The notes below the pieces were generated by a model that was given only the letters and a program-made list of their open reading frames with translations, was not told the DNA's origin and did no database searches. From Tidjanibacter sp. (GTDB lineage Bacteria; Bacteroidota; Bacteroidia; Bacteroidales; Rikenellaceae), in contig JAFXAY010000097.1 of NCBI GenBank assembly GCA_017521965.1, positions 13,370 through 77,369 on the forward strand: a DNA stretch of 64,000 nt, written 5' to 3'. Numbering within the stretch: the first letter of the stretch is position 1; the number at the start of each line of letters is the position of its first letter. Of this stretch, positions 27,433 through 36,870 are shown piece by piece. Position numbers and translations under genes: made by a program.

Positions 27433-28191
27433 ATGGAGCAATTTAATCCGTTTTCCCTAAACGGTAAAACAGTAATGGTGACCGGTGCTTCTTCTGGCAT
27501 CGGTCGTGCCATTGCTGTTGCCTGCTCAAAAATGGGAGCACATGTAGTGTTAACTGCAAGGAATGAACAACGTTTGCAGGAGACAATGGCCCAACTCGAT
27601 GGAGATGGTCATAGCTATATTGTTGCAGATTTAACAAATAGTACTCATGTTTCGAACCTGATTGATCAATGCCCAAAGTTAGATGGTGTTGTGCATAACG
27701 CAGGCGTTGGAAGTAGAGTTCTATGTAAATTTATATCAAATGATGATGTAAATAATGTAATGGCTCCCAATTTTGAGGCACCTGTAATGTTACAATCGGC
27801 ATTGTTGCAAGGAGGTAAAATCAATAAGGCCTCGTCAATCGTTTTTATTGCTTCTCGTGCAGCAAATGCTCCTAGTATAGGTAATGCCATATATAGTGCG
27901 TCCAAAGGTGCAATCATTTCTTATTCTAAGTGTTTGGCCTTGGAGTTGGCTCCTCGTAAAATTAGGGTCAATTGTGTATGTCCTGCCATGGTGTGGACTG
28001 ATTTGATTATTCAGGATGGCGTTACAAAAGAAGCGTTAGAAGAGGCACAACAAAGATACCCTCTGAAAAGATATGGTCAACCTGAGGATATTGCATATCT
28101 TGTTATTTATCTTTTGTCTGATGCATCCGCTTGGATGACTGGTAGTAGTCTGGATATAACGGGGGGTGGCGAAGGAACTTTAGTGTTATAA
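27433..28191 (+). CDS. SDR oxidoreductase, 3-oxoacyl-ACP reductase (FabG)-like
   Basis: VTGASSGIGRAIA and YSASKGAI motifs. Confidence 0.9.
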   Translation: MEQFNPFSLNGKTVMVTGASSGIGRAIAVACSKMGAHVVLTARNEQRLQETMAQLDGDGHSYIVADLTNSTHVSNLIDQCPKLDGVVHNAGVGSRVLCKFISNDDVNNVMAPNFEAPVMLQSALLQGGKINKASSIVFIASRAANAPSIGNAIYSASKGAIISYSKCLALELAPRKIRVNCVCPAMVWTDLIIQDGVTKEALEEAQQRYPLKRYGQPEDIAYLVIYLLSDASAWMTGSSLDITGGGEGTLVL

Positions 28192-28193
28192 TT

Positions 28194-29195
28194 ATGAAAG
28201 CATTTATTAAAGCAATATCATACTATTTGCCTGAGCGAATAGTGACAAATGAGGAACTTGTTGCAGAGTTTCCCGAATGGAGTGTAGATAAAGTTGCAGC
28301 AAAGGTTGGGGTATATTCTCGTCATCTATCTGCACCGGATGAAACAGCCGGTGATATGGCAGAAAAGGCTGCCCGTCAGCTTTTCGAGGAGTACAATGTT
28401 GATCCAAAATCAATAGATTTTCTTATGCTCTGTACTCAGAGTCCGGATTATTTCTTGCCATCCACTGCATGTATTCTTCAAAACCGATTAGGTATTTCAA
28501 CTTCGGCTGGTGCGTTTGACTATAACCTTGGGTGTAGTGGATGTGTATATGGCTTAGTAGTTGCGAAAGGATTAATAGAGAGTGGGATTGCAAAGAATGT
28601 ATTAATGCTGACTGCAGAGACATATCAAAAGTATCTTCATCCTTCTGATAAGAGTAATCGCTCAATATTTGGCGATGGTGCAGCAGCATGCTTGATTTCT
28701 ACTGAAGGCATAGCAGAGATAGGCAATTTCTCGTTAGGCACAGATGGTAGTGGAGCTGAGCATTTGATTGTCAAAACAGGTGCTACTCGCTGCAAACACT
28801 CAACTGGAAATGTCGCAGAAGATGCAGATGGTCATAAACGTTTTGATGATTACCTTTATATGAATGGTTCGGCAATCTTTAATTTTACTCTAGATGCTGT
28901 ACCTGCAATGATGAAAGATATTTTGTTGAAGAACGAAATGGAACGTGACGATGTAGATTATTTTGTCTTTCATCAAGCGAATAAATTTATGCTCAATACC
29001 ATCCGAAAAGTTTGTGTGATACCTAAGGATAAGTTCTATGTAAATTTAGAAGAGACAGGAAATACGGTTTCCTCTACAGTAATGATTGCCCTTAAGGATT
29101 GTATAGATAGAGGAACTATCTGTCCTGGAATGAGCGTAATGATAACTGGCTTCGGAGTAGGTCTTAGTTGGGGTGGTACAATTTTGAAGTTTTAG
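28194..29195 (+). CDS. 3-oxoacyl-ACP synthase III (FabH-like)
   Basis: Catalytic Cys in LGCSGCVYGL, His in FHQANKFM, Asn in ETGNTVSST. Confidence 0.9.
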   Translation: MKAFIKAISYYLPERIVTNEELVAEFPEWSVDKVAAKVGVYSRHLSAPDETAGDMAEKAARQLFEEYNVDPKSIDFLMLCTQSPDYFLPSTACILQNRLGISTSAGAFDYNLGCSGCVYGLVVAKGLIESGIAKNVLMLTAETYQKYLHPSDKSNRSIFGDGAAACLISTEGIAEIGNFSLGTDGSGAEHLIVKTGATRCKHSTGNVAEDADGHKRFDDYLYMNGSAIFNFTLDAVPAMMKDILLKNEMERDDVDYFVFHQANKFMLNTIRKVCVIPKDKFYVNLEETGNTVSSTVMIALKDCIDRGTICPGMSVMITGFGVGLSWGGTILKF

Positions 29196-29274
29196 TAGTT
29201 ATATAATAAACGTATTGCTCAAGTTATTTTTATATTTAATTTGATAGGTTTTAATCATATTTAGATAGTTCATC

Positions 29275-29520
29275 ATGAGTGACACTCCAGTAGTTAGTAT
29301 CTGTAGTTTAGTATATAATCATGAGCCTTATTTAAGACAGTGTCTTGATGGGTTTGTGATGCAGCAGACCAATTTTAGGTTTGAAGTTATCATTCACGAT
29401 GATGCATCTACCGATGGGTCGGCAGATATAATCCGAGAATATGCAGCAAAATATCCAGACATATTTCGTCCTATATTTCAGACCGAGAATCAATGTCGCG
29501 ATGGACGTGTAATGCTTTAG
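29275..29520 (+). pseudogene. 5' remnant (81 codons) of a family 2 glycosyltransferase
   Basis: VVSICSLVYNHEPYLRQCLDGF..IIHDDASTDGS is a normal GT2 N terminus, but the frame stops at codon 82. Only 130 nt remain before the next gene. Confidence 0.75.
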
Positions 29521-29652
29521 ACCGATTGTTTGTTTCTTTGATGGTTCAGATATTGTCAGCAAACAAGTTGCTATTACGCTAGTGAGAACTTATCATTAAA
29601 CACTTGATAATATCAATAATTGATGTATTACATATTATAGAAATAAAATACC

Positions 29653-30561
29653 ATGTCCATGCCATATGCTCCCATAGTAATAATTACGCTTTATAGATAT
29701 AAACATCTAAAATTGTGTTTGTCATCATTAATTCAATGCACGGGGTTTGAACGGAGTGATGTGTATATTGTAGTTGACTATCCAATTAAGGAAGAACATC
29801 GAGAGGGATATAACCAGATCTGTGATTATATCGCTCAACTTTGTGAAGAATATAAGAATATTACCATAATTAAACGACAGAACAATTATGGCCCAATAAT
29901 GAACTTATCGGATGCCTATAACTGCTATATTAAGCCTCATTATCAAGCCTGGATCTTTAGTGAAGATGATAATGTATTCTCGCAAAATTTTTTGGAATTT
30001 ATTAATTATCATCTGGCTAAATATGAGACTGATGATACAATCCATGCTGTTTGTGGTTATAATTATCCTATTTATGACAATCAAGAAGATGTAATATATA
30101 AATCATATATGTATTCTCCGTGGGGAGTTGGCTTTTGGGTACGCAAAGGATACGATGTTACCATAGATGAGCTGTATACGTATATGAAAAGTATAAAAAA
30201 AGCATTCTCAATATTTAAACAGTCCAAATATCTGTTTCATATGAATACTGCGATGCTTTATTCGCATGTGTTCTATGGAGACTCGGTACTTAGAACTCGT
30301 CTTTTGTTAAATCAGCAGTCTTGTATATTCCCCTTAATAAGTAAGGTACGCAATATTGGTTTTGATAATACTGGTATTAATTGTCAGAGTGATGGAGGCG
30401 TACATCAGTCGCAAGTTATTGATACCAATATTACGTATAAAGAACCTGCTGAGGATAAAAACATTATTAGGTCAGCTCAGTATAAGAGTTATTTCAGAAT
30501 ACCAATTAGTACAATTATGAAAAGTGTTATTAAATACATCTTATGGAGAGTACGAGTATAG
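29653..30561 (+). CDS. putative GT-A fold glycosyltransferase
   Basis: N-terminal PIVIITLYRYKHLKLCLSSL and acidic SEDDN (DxD-like). Low GC. No closer assignment. Confidence 0.5.
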   Translation: MSMPYAPIVIITLYRYKHLKLCLSSLIQCTGFERSDVYIVVDYPIKEEHREGYNQICDYIAQLCEEYKNITIIKRQNNYGPIMNLSDAYNCYIKPHYQAWIFSEDDNVFSQNFLEFINYHLAKYETDDTIHAVCGYNYPIYDNQEDVIYKSYMYSPWGVGFWVRKGYDVTIDELYTYMKSIKKAFSIFKQSKYLFHMNTAMLYSHVFYGDSVLRTRLLLNQQSCIFPLISKVRNIGFDNTGINCQSDGGVHQSQVIDTNITYKEPAEDKNIIRSAQYKSYFRIPISTIMKSVIKYILWRVRV

Positions 30562-30585
30562 TCAATAATCTTTTTTTAGATATAT

Positions 30586-31740
30586 ATGGTATTTAGAAAA
30601 ATAGATATTAATAGTGGACTCTTAGCAATGTTTCTGTCGACAACATGCTTAGCCTCCATTATGGATGCTATAATAAGTATACCATATGCATCTGTCTTTA
30701 TGGCGTTGATAATTGCAGTTGTTTTGATCGCTGTTAATTATCGCAGTTTTTTGTTTACACGTAGTAGTATAATAGCGTATCTGTGTGTATTAAGTGTATT
30801 ACTCATTTCACTAGTATTAAATAATTGGAATACTTTTGGAGTGAGATATACTCTCTTTTTCATAGTATTTGGAACTACGGCTTTACTATTGACTGGTGTT
30901 AAGGTTAATTATAAGACTGCTTTTTTGATATGGGTTTGCATTAGTATATTATATCTTATCCAAGAGTTGTTCTTACCAGGGATTGATGCTTTGAAGCAAA
31001 GTGATATGGGCGTAGAGCAAATGGGTTTGGCTTATAGTTTTGTTCCTTCAGCTCTGTTAGGTGGATCATTTCTCGTATCATCAAAGTTGCGCAGGAGTTG
31101 TAAGGTGAGTTATATAATTATAGGTGTTGTTTTGTTAATAGGTGCTAGTTATATAATATTGTTTAGAACTGTTACGAGGGGTGCTATTTTATCAGTGTTA
31201 TTAGGATTCTTCTTGCTTTCTTGGGTTGTTAGTGGCAAGCAAAGAAGGAATTGGATAATTAGTATCTTACTTTGTGTAGGGTTATTAGTATATTTAAATA
31301 TTGATAGCATATTGGATGGATTTATTGCTATGTTCCAAAATAGTGAGATTGGTGCCTTAAAAAAAATGGTTTCATTTATGGGTAGTGATAATGTCTCAAA
31401 TGGACGAGATTTATTATATGCTAATGCCATAACGTATATTAAAGAGCGGCCTATTCTAGGCCATGGAGTTGGCTATTTTGAATCTCATAACGGAATATAT
31501 GTTCATCAATTATTATTGCAACTTATGTGTGAGGTGGGAGTTGTTGGCATGATTCTTTTTTTAGTACCGTTTACCAGATTATTTCATCGTATATTGAACA
31601 CTAAGTATGCTCTTTTTCAAAGTTATACTTACGTAATAGCATTATCATCAACTTTTGTCATGTTGTTGTTCTCTAATGCCCACTGGTTGTTGCCGACATT
31701 CTGGTATTTGTATTTTGTATCCTTAAATAGTTATGATTAA
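30586..31740 (+). CDS. wzy: Wzy-type O-antigen/capsule polymerase (O-antigen ligase-like fold)
   Basis: 384 aa, about 10 TM. Loop with GHGVGYFESHNGIYVHQLLLQLMCEVG typical of the Wzy_C family. Confidence 0.75.
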   Translation: MVFRKIDINSGLLAMFLSTTCLASIMDAIISIPYASVFMALIIAVVLIAVNYRSFLFTRSSIIAYLCVLSVLLISLVLNNWNTFGVRYTLFFIVFGTTALLLTGVKVNYKTAFLIWVCISILYLIQELFLPGIDALKQSDMGVEQMGLAYSFVPSALLGGSFLVSSKLRRSCKVSYIIIGVVLLIGASYIILFRTVTRGAILSVLLGFFLLSWVVSGKQRRNWIISILLCVGLLVYLNIDSILDGFIAMFQNSEIGALKKMVSFMGSDNVSNGRDLLYANAITYIKERPILGHGVGYFESHNGIYVHQLLLQLMCEVGVVGMILFLVPFTRLFHRILNTKYALFQSYTYVIALSSTFVMLLFSNAHWLLPTFWYLYFVSLNSYD

Positions 31741-32635
31741 TTATAGTATAATAATCCCACATTATAATTCTATTGTTTCATTACGAAGGCTTTTGAAAAG
31801 CATTCCTATAAGGAACGATATAGAGGTAATAATTATTGACAATTCACCAATTCCAATTGGAATCGATGATATAGGCGTAGAAGGGAGATATATATTGTTA
31901 TATTCAGATCATAATAGATATGCAGGGGGAGCCAGAAATGTGGGGCTAGATAAGGCAAAAGGAGAATGGTTGATATTTGCGGATGCAGATGATTTTTTTC
32001 AAAACAATGCATTCTCGGTGTTTGATGAGTATTGCACCTCTAATGCGGATTTGATATACTTTAAGGTGGCTTCGGTGTATGATGACACACTCGAACCTGC
32101 TGAACGTCATAAAGAATGGAATTTAATTATCGATAAGTATAACAAGAAGGAGGCTAGCGAGATAGCTACAAAATTACAATATGTAGTTCCCTGGGGAAAA
32201 ATGATAAGGAGAGCATTGGTGGTTGAGAATGCAATTAAATTTGACGAAGTTGTGGCGGCCAATGATGTTATGTTCTCTACTATTTGTGCTTGTCGTTCAA
32301 AGAGATTTGTTGTTGATAATAGGCAGGTTTATGTAGTTACAATAACCTACGGGAGTCTTGCAAATAGGCGTGATACTGAAGTTATCGAATCGCGTTTTAG
32401 AGTGGCCTTACGACGTAATTCTTTCTTGAGAAAGGAGGGGCTCACTCGTTATCAAGGCTCTGTAATGTATTTCCTTTACCAAGCACTTCGAAAGGATGTA
32501 TGTCTATTTGTACGCTTTATATTTCTGACAATTAAGTATAAGCAAAATATTTTTATTGGTGCATCAAATTGGTTGAGAACATTTCTCAAAACAAGAAGAG
32601 CCGAGAAACGAACAAAACAATATCTCACAGAATAA
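31733..32635 (+). CDS. family 2 glycosyltransferase
   Basis: YSIIIPHYNS and FADADDFF motifs. Confidence 0.85.
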   Translation: MINYSIIIPHYNSIVSLRRLLKSIPIRNDIEVIIIDNSPIPIGIDDIGVEGRYILLYSDHNRYAGGARNVGLDKAKGEWLIFADADDFFQNNAFSVFDEYCTSNADLIYFKVASVYDDTLEPAERHKEWNLIIDKYNKKEASEIATKLQYVVPWGKMIRRALVVENAIKFDEVVAANDVMFSTICACRSKRFVVDNRQVYVVTITYGSLANRRDTEVIESRFRVALRRNSFLRKEGLTRYQGSVMYFLYQALRKDVCLFVRFIFLTIKYKQNIFIGASNWLRTFLKTRRAEKRTKQYLTE

Positions 32636-32646
32636 AATAAACGTTA

Positions 32647-33645
32647 ATGATGACCGTAAGTGTTATTGTCCCAGTTTATAATGCAGAACGATATATTGAA
32701 GAGTGTGTGAATAGTATATTACGCCAGTCAATTACTACTCTTGATGTTATTTTGATAGATGACGGTTCAACTGATGATTCCTTAAAGATTTGCAAATCTT
32801 TTTGTGTCGATCCGAGAGTACGAGTTGTATCACAAGATAATCAGGGTGTGTCCGCTGCACGTAATATTGGTATAGAGAACTCATGTGGAGAGTTAATGAT
32901 GTTTGTCGATGCGGATGATGTTTTGCCAGATAATGCAGTTGAAACTCTCTTGGGTGCTATGACACAAAATGCTACCGATTTGGTGGTGGGACAGCATATA
33001 AGGCTGTATGGAGCTAAACGACAGAAATCTTTGCCTAGGCTAATGCCAGGCATACATAGGTGCGATGAACTATTGTGTAGAATTGTTGATGATGGTACTT
33101 TAACAGGCATCCTACTTGGTAGTGCATGTGGCGTTATTTATAAAGCTAACATTATTAAACAATGCGATATTCGATTCAAGCCTATTAAGTATAATGAGGA
33201 CGGCTTATTCAATATAGAATACATGTTGAAATCTAGCTCTTTGTATGTTATTCATGATTATGTGTATTGTTATAGACAGACTAATACCGGTTCTGCCTCT
33301 CGTAGAAGTATGAGTGATCCATTTAATGAAGTCATTAAGACAGAATTATTGAATCTTGATTGGGATACAACTAGATATGATTTAGATAAACAATTATTAT
33401 TGCGAGAAGTAACGTACACCCTTCAAGCCATATTAGTATTTTTACCTCGTATGAATTTTAGGGAAGGTGCTAGTTATCTTTGTGAAGTTCTTAATGCTGA
33501 CACCTTTAGAGAAGGACTAAGATGTGTCAACTATAATAGATTGGCAACACATAAAAAGATTATGTATTTGTTGATGCGCTATAAATTGTATCCCATCATA
33601 TTTATATGTGTTAAGTATATAATGCCTTGTATTCGTAGAGTATAG
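32647..33645 (+). CDS. family 2 glycosyltransferase
   Basis: VSVIVPVYNAERYIEECVNSILRQS, IDDGSTDDS and VDADDVL motifs. Confidence 0.9.
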   Translation: MMTVSVIVPVYNAERYIEECVNSILRQSITTLDVILIDDGSTDDSLKICKSFCVDPRVRVVSQDNQGVSAARNIGIENSCGELMMFVDADDVLPDNAVETLLGAMTQNATDLVVGQHIRLYGAKRQKSLPRLMPGIHRCDELLCRIVDDGTLTGILLGSACGVIYKANIIKQCDIRFKPIKYNEDGLFNIEYMLKSSSLYVIHDYVYCYRQTNTGSASRRSMSDPFNEVIKTELLNLDWDTTRYDLDKQLLLREVTYTLQAILVFLPRMNFREGASYLCEVLNADTFREGLRCVNYNRLATHKKIMYLLMRYKLYPIIFICVKYIMPCIRRV

Positions 33646-33694
33646 ATCAACTCTGTGCGTGGCGATGAATTTGTTTGTATTATAAGTTGATGTT

Positions 33695-34753
33695 ATGCGT
33701 ATTTTTCATGTAATTACTTTGTCTTCATTAGGAGGAGCCCAATCTGTTGTGGTGAATTTAGCCAATGAGCAGGTTAAGAGTAATGAGGTTTTTGTTGTGT
33801 CGTCAGCGAGTGGAGAGGCTTGGCAGGCATTAGACTCACGAGTAAATGTTATAAAGATTAAGTCTCTGTATAGGGAGATATCATTAAAAGATATTTGTGT
33901 TCTTTTTAGACTTATATGGTTAAGAATTAAATATAGACCAGACGTAGTCCATTTGCACTCGTCAAAGATGGGGGCACTTGGACGAATAGCGTTTAGACCT
34001 AAAAAAACTCTGTATACAGTGCATGGTTTTGATACAATACGAGTTGCTAATCGTAAATTCTTGAAAATAGAGCAAGTGTTACAGAAAAGATGTGCCAAGG
34101 TCGTAGGAGTGTCTCAATATGATATACGAATGATGAATTCGGAGGGAATTAATAGAAATTTATCATATGTTTATAATGGCATAAAGGACCTGCGAGTGCC
34201 CCAAGCTAATGCTGTCAATGCGCAGTCCCGGCAGATTCTGCGTGAGATTAGAAAAACGCATAATAGAATTGTTGCATGTATTGCCCGTGATGATAAACCT
34301 AAACGAGTAGACCTATTTCTGTCAGTTGCTGCTAAGAATCCCGAAATCGCCTTTGTTTGGATTGGTAATAAGGCCACATACGAAACCACTAATAATGTAT
34401 TTATGTTAGGTACCGTTTCTTTGGCATCACAGTTATTGTCAGATGTTGACCTTTTTGTTCTGATGTCTGATTACGAGGGGCTCCCTATGTCAATAATTGA
34501 AGCCCTATCTGCAGGTAAGCCAGTTGTCGCATCGAATGTAGGAGGCATATCGGAGCTGCTTGATGGTACAAATGGTTATGCTGTTGAGAATGATCCGGAA
34601 ATTATGTCTGAGAAAATACAATATATTCTAGCTGACGAAGCCCGTTATCAGGCTATGGCAGTTAGTGCAAGAAAGACATATGAAGATAAATTTACCGTAG
34701 AACATATGGTAAATGCATATCAAACAATCTACGATTCAATTACTAATAGATAA
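33695..34753 (+). CDS. family 4 (GT-B) glycosyltransferase
   Basis: EGLPMSIIEALSAGKPVVASNVGG motif. Confidence 0.9.
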   Translation: MRIFHVITLSSLGGAQSVVVNLANEQVKSNEVFVVSSASGEAWQALDSRVNVIKIKSLYREISLKDICVLFRLIWLRIKYRPDVVHLHSSKMGALGRIAFRPKKTLYTVHGFDTIRVANRKFLKIEQVLQKRCAKVVGVSQYDIRMMNSEGINRNLSYVYNGIKDLRVPQANAVNAQSRQILREIRKTHNRIVACIARDDKPKRVDLFLSVAAKNPEIAFVWIGNKATYETTNNVFMLGTVSLASQLLSDVDLFVLMSDYEGLPMSIIEALSAGKPVVASNVGGISELLDGTNGYAVENDPEIMSEKIQYILADEARYQAMAVSARKTYEDKFTVEHMVNAYQTIYDSITNR

Positions 34754-34759
34754 CCCATT

Positions 34760-35755
34760 ATGAATATAACATTAATTGGAGCCTCGGGGTTTGTGGGGAC
34801 ACGACTGCTGGGGTTATTAAGCGAGAATCAAGAACAATATACTCTGCGCAATATTGACAAACAGCAGAGTCATTTCTTCCCTCAGGTGACTGAGATAGGT
34901 GATGTGCGCGATGTTGATACCATCAAAGAAAAGTTGCACGACACAGATGTTGTTGTATTGTTGGCAGCAGAGCATCGTGATGATGTTACTCCTACTACTC
35001 TCTACTACGATGTCAATGTAGGTGGTATGCGTAATGTATTGCAGGCTATGGAGGCCAATGGTATTAAGCGACTTGTATTTACATCCTCAGTTGCAGTGTA
35101 TGGTCTTAATAAGGAGAATCCCAATGAGGATCACCCTAAGGATCCGTTCAACCACTACGGTAAGAGTAAATGGGAGGCAGAACAAGTATTGCAGGAGTGG
35201 TACAAGGATCATCCCGATTGGAATATCAACATCTTACGTCCAACTGTAATTTTCGGCGAGCGAAACCGAGGTAATGTGTATAACTTATTGAAGCAGATAT
35301 CCAGCGGTAAGTTCCTTATGGTTGGCAAGGGCGAGAATAAGAAATCGATGGCATATGTTGGTAATATAGTGGCTTTCATTAAGTTCCTTATAGACACAAA
35401 ATGTGAGGGTTACAATGTATTCAACTACATAGATAAGCCTGACTTTAATATGAACGAACTTATTGCCCATGTCAGCAAGGTACTCAATAAGCATATTCCT
35501 TCCACTCACTTTCCCTATTGGTTGGGCATGCTTGGTGGTAAGTGTTTCGATTTGTTGGCTTGGGTCACCGGTAAGAAATTGGCTATTAGCTCAGTGCGCG
35601 TGAAGAAATTCTGTGCTACCACTGAATTTGATGCTACAAAGGCTCATAGTTGTGGATTTGTGCCGCCTTATACATTAGGTGATGGCTTGGCGCGCACATT
35701 GACTTTTGAGTTTATTAATCCTCCTAAGGATGGTATTACTTTTAAGAGTGAGTAA
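34760..35755 (+). CDS. NAD-dependent epimerase/dehydratase family protein
   Basis: LIGASGFVGTRL and YGKSK motifs. Confidence 0.85.
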   Translation: MNITLIGASGFVGTRLLGLLSENQEQYTLRNIDKQQSHFFPQVTEIGDVRDVDTIKEKLHDTDVVVLLAAEHRDDVTPTTLYYDVNVGGMRNVLQAMEANGIKRLVFTSSVAVYGLNKENPNEDHPKDPFNHYGKSKWEAEQVLQEWYKDHPDWNINILRPTVIFGERNRGNVYNLLKQISSGKFLMVGKGENKKSMAYVGNIVAFIKFLIDTKCEGYNVFNYIDKPDFNMNELIAHVSKVLNKHIPSTHFPYWLGMLGGKCFDLLAWVTGKKLAISSVRVKKFCATTEFDATKAHSCGFVPPYTLGDGLARTLTFEFINPPKDGITFKSE

Positions 35756-35763
35756 TAACTAAG

Positions 35764-36870
35764 ATGCCTGCCCTTGCTGAACATATCTTCTCTCTCCTCC
35801 GTGGCGAGGGTGTAAGCGTGAGTGCAAACGCAAGTGCGCAAGAGGCGTTGTCGGCTATGACTCCTGCTCAGTGGGAGGAGTTGATGCAGATGGCGGTGGC
35901 GCACAATGTGGTGGCGATTGTTTATGAGGCTATTGAGCAGTTGCCGGCCGAGCAGCAGCCACCACGTCAGGTGATTCTCAAATTTGCGGTGATGGCTGAT
36001 AGTAGTGTGCAGCGATTTCGTCAGCGTTCGGAGGTGATTGGTGAGTTGCTCGATATGTATGCCTCAGCCGGTATTCCCACGATGATTGTCAAGGGCATAT
36101 CTATTGCTCGTTTTTACCCCAATCCCGAGTTGCGCACGTTCAGCGATGTAGATACCTACCACTTTGGCCAAATCAAGGAGGCCGATGCCCTTGCTGCTGA
36201 GCGACTTGGCATCACTCCCGATGACGATGTGCATCACCACACCAAGTGGGTCTATAAAGGTGTCTTGGTCGAGAATCACTACGATTTTGTCAATACCAAG
36301 TCCCACCTCTCCAATCGCGATTTTGAGCAACTGCTCAAAGCTGAGGCTGAGAATGCTATTGAGTCCGAGTGGCAGGGCCACAAGGTGATGTTTGCCTCGC
36401 CGCGCTTCAATGCGCTCTTCTTGATGCGTCACATGGCGGGCCACTATGCTGCCGAGCGTGTTAGTCTGCGCCATCTGCTCGACTGGAAGGTGTTCGTCGA
36501 AAAGTGTGGCTCGGAGGTCGATTGGGCCGAGGTTTATGCTATCTTCGACAGGTTTAAGATGCGCCCGTTTGTCGATGCAGTGCGTGGCATACTTGTTGAT
36601 TACTATGGTCTTGCGCCCGAATTGTTGCCTGCCCCTCAGCGGGAGGATAAGGCCCTCGAAGAGCGTATTGTGAACGATATTCTCTACTCCGAATTCTCTG
36701 TCAAGTGCCCCAAGAAGGGTGCTGTTTCTATTGTCTGGTGGAAGATACGCCGCTTTTGGGCTAATCGCTGGAAACACCGCTTGGTCTATCGCGAGAGCTG
36801 GTTGCACTCCTTCTTGCAGATGACCTATTCGCATTTGTTAAAACCGAAAACAATTACTAATGTCCGCTAA
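35764..36870 (+). CDS. uncharacterised nucleotidyltransferase-family protein
   Basis: Pattern VKG...YP....R.FSDVD typical of this family. GC rises to about 58 % from this gene on. Confidence 0.55.
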   Translation: MPALAEHIFSLLRGEGVSVSANASAQEALSAMTPAQWEELMQMAVAHNVVAIVYEAIEQLPAEQQPPRQVILKFAVMADSSVQRFRQRSEVIGELLDMYASAGIPTMIVKGISIARFYPNPELRTFSDVDTYHFGQIKEADALAAERLGITPDDDVHHHTKWVYKGVLVENHYDFVNTKSHLSNRDFEQLLKAEAENAIESEWQGHKVMFASPRFNALFLMRHMAGHYAAERVSLRHLLDWKVFVEKCGSEVDWAEVYAIFDRFKMRPFVDAVRGILVDYYGLAPELLPAPQREDKALEERIVNDILYSEFSVKCPKKGAVSIVWWKIRRFWANRWKHRLVYRESWLHSFLQMTYSHLLKPKTITNVR

